A stretch of DNA of 48,143 nucleotides from Candidatus Ruthenibacterium merdigallinarum (GTDB lineage Bacteria > Bacillota > Clostridia > Oscillospirales > Ruminococcaceae): assembly GCA_019113785.1 (NCBI GenBank), contig DXGT01000099.1, forward strand, positions 1 through 48,143, read 5' to 3'. The translations under genes were made by a program, and so were the position numbers. The first letter of the stretch is position 1. Each line of letters begins with the position of its first letter. Shown piece by piece: positions 46,497 to 48,143 of this stretch. The notes below the pieces were generated by a model that worked only from the letters and a program-made list of their open reading frames with translations, was not told the origin of the DNA and did no database searches.

Positions 46497-46525
46497 ATTA
46501 TACCGCCTTTTGTGCCGATGTTCAA
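46497..46525 (-). promoter_or_regulatory. sigma-A promoter for the SGNH pair
   Basis: TTGAAC-17 nt-TATAAT. Confidence 0.7.
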
Positions 46526-46592
46526 CCGTACATTCGCGCATAAAGTGTCGATTTTCCCCACCGCGGGGAAAATTTACAAATCTTTTTCCCGC

Positions 46593-46621
46593 TTGCGCTG
46601 CGCGGCGCAATGGGGTACTAT
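46593..46621 (+). promoter_or_regulatory. sigma-A promoter for hemW
   Basis: TTGCGC-17 nt-TACTAT. Confidence 0.55.
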
Positions 46622-46633
46622 ACAATTATAAAG

Positions 46634-46663
46634 ACCGCACTGCGAAGAAACCGCACTGCGAAG
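46634..46663 (+). repeat. 14-bp direct repeat in the hemW leader
   Basis: ACCGCACTGCGAAG at 46634-46647 and 46650-46663; the second copy runs into the AAGGAGG RBS. Confidence 0.8.
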
Positions 46664-46671
46664 GAGGAGCC

Positions 46672-47757
46672 ATGTTCGCCCTGTATCTGCACATTCCCTA
46701 CTGCGCGTCGAAGTGCTATTACTGCGATTTTTACTCCGCGGCGGTGCGCGGCGGCGTGCCGGACGCGTACATCGACGCGCTGGTGCGCGAGATGCGCCGC
46801 TTTGCGCCCCGGCGCGGCGGGCGCTTGCGGCCCGACACCGTGTATTTCGGCGGCGGCACGCCCAGCCTGCTGCGGCCCGGCCAGGCCGCGCGCCTGCTGG
46901 AGGAGGCCGCCCCGGCAGATGGGGCGGAGATCACGCTGGAGGCAAACCCCGACACCGTCACGCCCGAGAGCCTGCGCGCGTACCGCCGCGCGGGGGTGAA
47001 CCGGCTGTCGCTGGGCGTGCAGAGCGCTTTTGACGAGAGCCTGCGGCGCCTGGGCCGCCGCCACACGGCGGACGCGGCGCGCCGCGCGCTGGCCGCCGCG
47101 CGCGAGGCGGGGTTTGACAACGTCAGCGGCGACGTGATGCTGGCGCTGCCGCGCTACACCCGCGCGGAACTGGACGCCACGCTGTCGCTTCTGCTCGAAG
47201 GCGGGTGCACGCACGTCAGCTGCTATCTGCTCACGATCGAGCCGGACACCGTGTTCGGCCGCAGGCCGCCCGAAGGCCTGCCCGGCGACGATGAAGCCGC
47301 CGGCTTCTACCTCGCGGCCGTGCGGGCGCTTTCGCAGGCGGGGTTTGCACAGTATGAGATCTCGAATTTCGCGCGGCCGGGTTTTGAAAGCCGGCACAAC
47401 CTCGCGTACTGGCACTGCGAGGAGTACCTGGGCCTCGGCCCCGCCGCGGCCAGCTGCATGGGCGCGCGACGCTTTTCCACGCCGCGCGGCACGGCGGCGT
47501 TCCTCGCCGGCGAGGCGCAGTATGCGGACGAGGGCCCCGTAACTGCCGAGGACGAGGTGATGCTGCGCCTGCGCCTGGCCGAAGGGCTGGACCTCGACGC
47601 GCTGCAAGCGAAGTGGGGCGTGCGGTGGGACGCGCGCCGTCTCGCGTTTTGCCGCACATTGGCGCACCGCGGCCTTGCGCGGTTCGACGGGCGCCGCCTC
47701 GCCCTGACGCCGCGCGGCTTCCTTGTGCAGAACAGCATCCTGTGCGAGCTGATGTGA
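46672..47757 (+). CDS. hemW: radical SAM heme chaperone HemW (HemN-like)
   Basis: LYLHIPYCASKCYYCDF (CxxxCxxC), YFGGGTPS, EITLEANP, NRLSLGVQS, YEISNF, HNLAYW. Confidence 0.93.
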   Translation: MFALYLHIPYCASKCYYCDFYSAAVRGGVPDAYIDALVREMRRFAPRRGGRLRPDTVYFGGGTPSLLRPGQAARLLEEAAPADGAEITLEANPDTVTPESLRAYRRAGVNRLSLGVQSAFDESLRRLGRRHTADAARRALAAAREAGFDNVSGDVMLALPRYTRAELDATLSLLLEGGCTHVSCYLLTIEPDTVFGRRPPEGLPGDDEAAGFYLAAVRALSQAGFAQYEISNFARPGFESRHNLAYWHCEEYLGLGPAAASCMGARRFSTPRGTAAFLAGEAQYADEGPVTAEDEVMLRLRLAEGLDLDALQAKWGVRWDARRLAFCRTLAHRGLARFDGRRLALTPRGFLVQNSILCELM

Positions 47758-47778
47758 CGCGCGCAGCGCACGCCGGCG

Positions 47779-47840
47779 GCCGGTTTCGCGCGGGGCTGTT
47801 TTTACGCAGAGGTCGTTTTCACACAGGGCTGTTTTCACCG
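47779..47840. repeat. degenerate 16-17 bp tandem repeat after hemW
   Basis: cggggctgtttttac / gcagaggtcgttttcac / acagggctgttttcac. Confidence 0.5.
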
Positions 47841-48143
47841 CACACGGCCGACTGTCCGCAGCGCTGCAGAGAGTCAAAAGAGGCGAAGCGCACATGCACC
47901 CGGAATATGAGAGCGGCAAAAAGACGGGCGGACTGCCGGGAGCGTTTGTCGGGTGGTGGGCTGTAGTAGATTCTGGCTCGCAATATCGCTGTTTATGACT
48001 CTTAATGGCCAGATTTCCACCTTCCCGATAAAAAGATCCTGTCTGTTCCTTTTTCCGCAAAATGTCATGTTCATTCTGTTTGCCCGCCGCAGCATCCTTT
48101 TTCGTATTCTCTTTTGCTTTTCTGTCTGTGCCCGGATTCGGTA

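Noticed and set aside
44428-46671. Apparent 1109-aa HemW fusion
   Set aside because: The extension is antisense to the SGNH gene; hemW has its own promoter, AAGGAGG RBS and ATG at 46672.

Overview
A 48 kb chromosomal segment, very GC-rich by eye, from a spore-forming Firmicute. SpoIIQ-like and SleC-like genes and AGGAGG ribosome-binding sites suggest an Oscillospiraceae/Ruminococcaceae-type gut bacterium (inference). In order, the window holds: the 5' part of glgB; a surface-polysaccharide operon (rmlC-wzm-wzt-GT2-GT2-5-formyl-THF cyclo-ligase); a SpoIIQ-like M23 gene; a degenerate PsuG homolog plus a TcaA-like membrane protein; and a ~16 kb minus-strand run of 16 closely spaced genes. That run encodes a legionaminic-acid-type nonulosonate pathway (legB, legC, ptmE-like, neuB, neuC, neuA) interleaved with two GT-C-like membrane proteins, two Gfo/Idh/MocA oxidoreductases, a SUFU-domain protein, a GNAT and a ThrE pair. 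It faces a divergent operon of MBOAT, SGNH and a putative CMP-sugar transferase. Then come a MacAB-like exporter, an aldose 1-epimerase, a SleC-like enzyme with six PG-binding repeats, an M15-like peptidase, a low-GC XRE-regulator islet followed by a structured element, two membrane-anchored SGNH proteins (one with a ~320-aa Y[G/S]Q low-complexity N-terminus), and hemW. No rRNA, tRNA, CRISPR array or intact transposase/integrase was seen. The best candidate for an undescribed system is the leg + GT-C + MBOAT/SGNH + HP-motif transferase locus. All calls rest on motif recognition; no searches were run.
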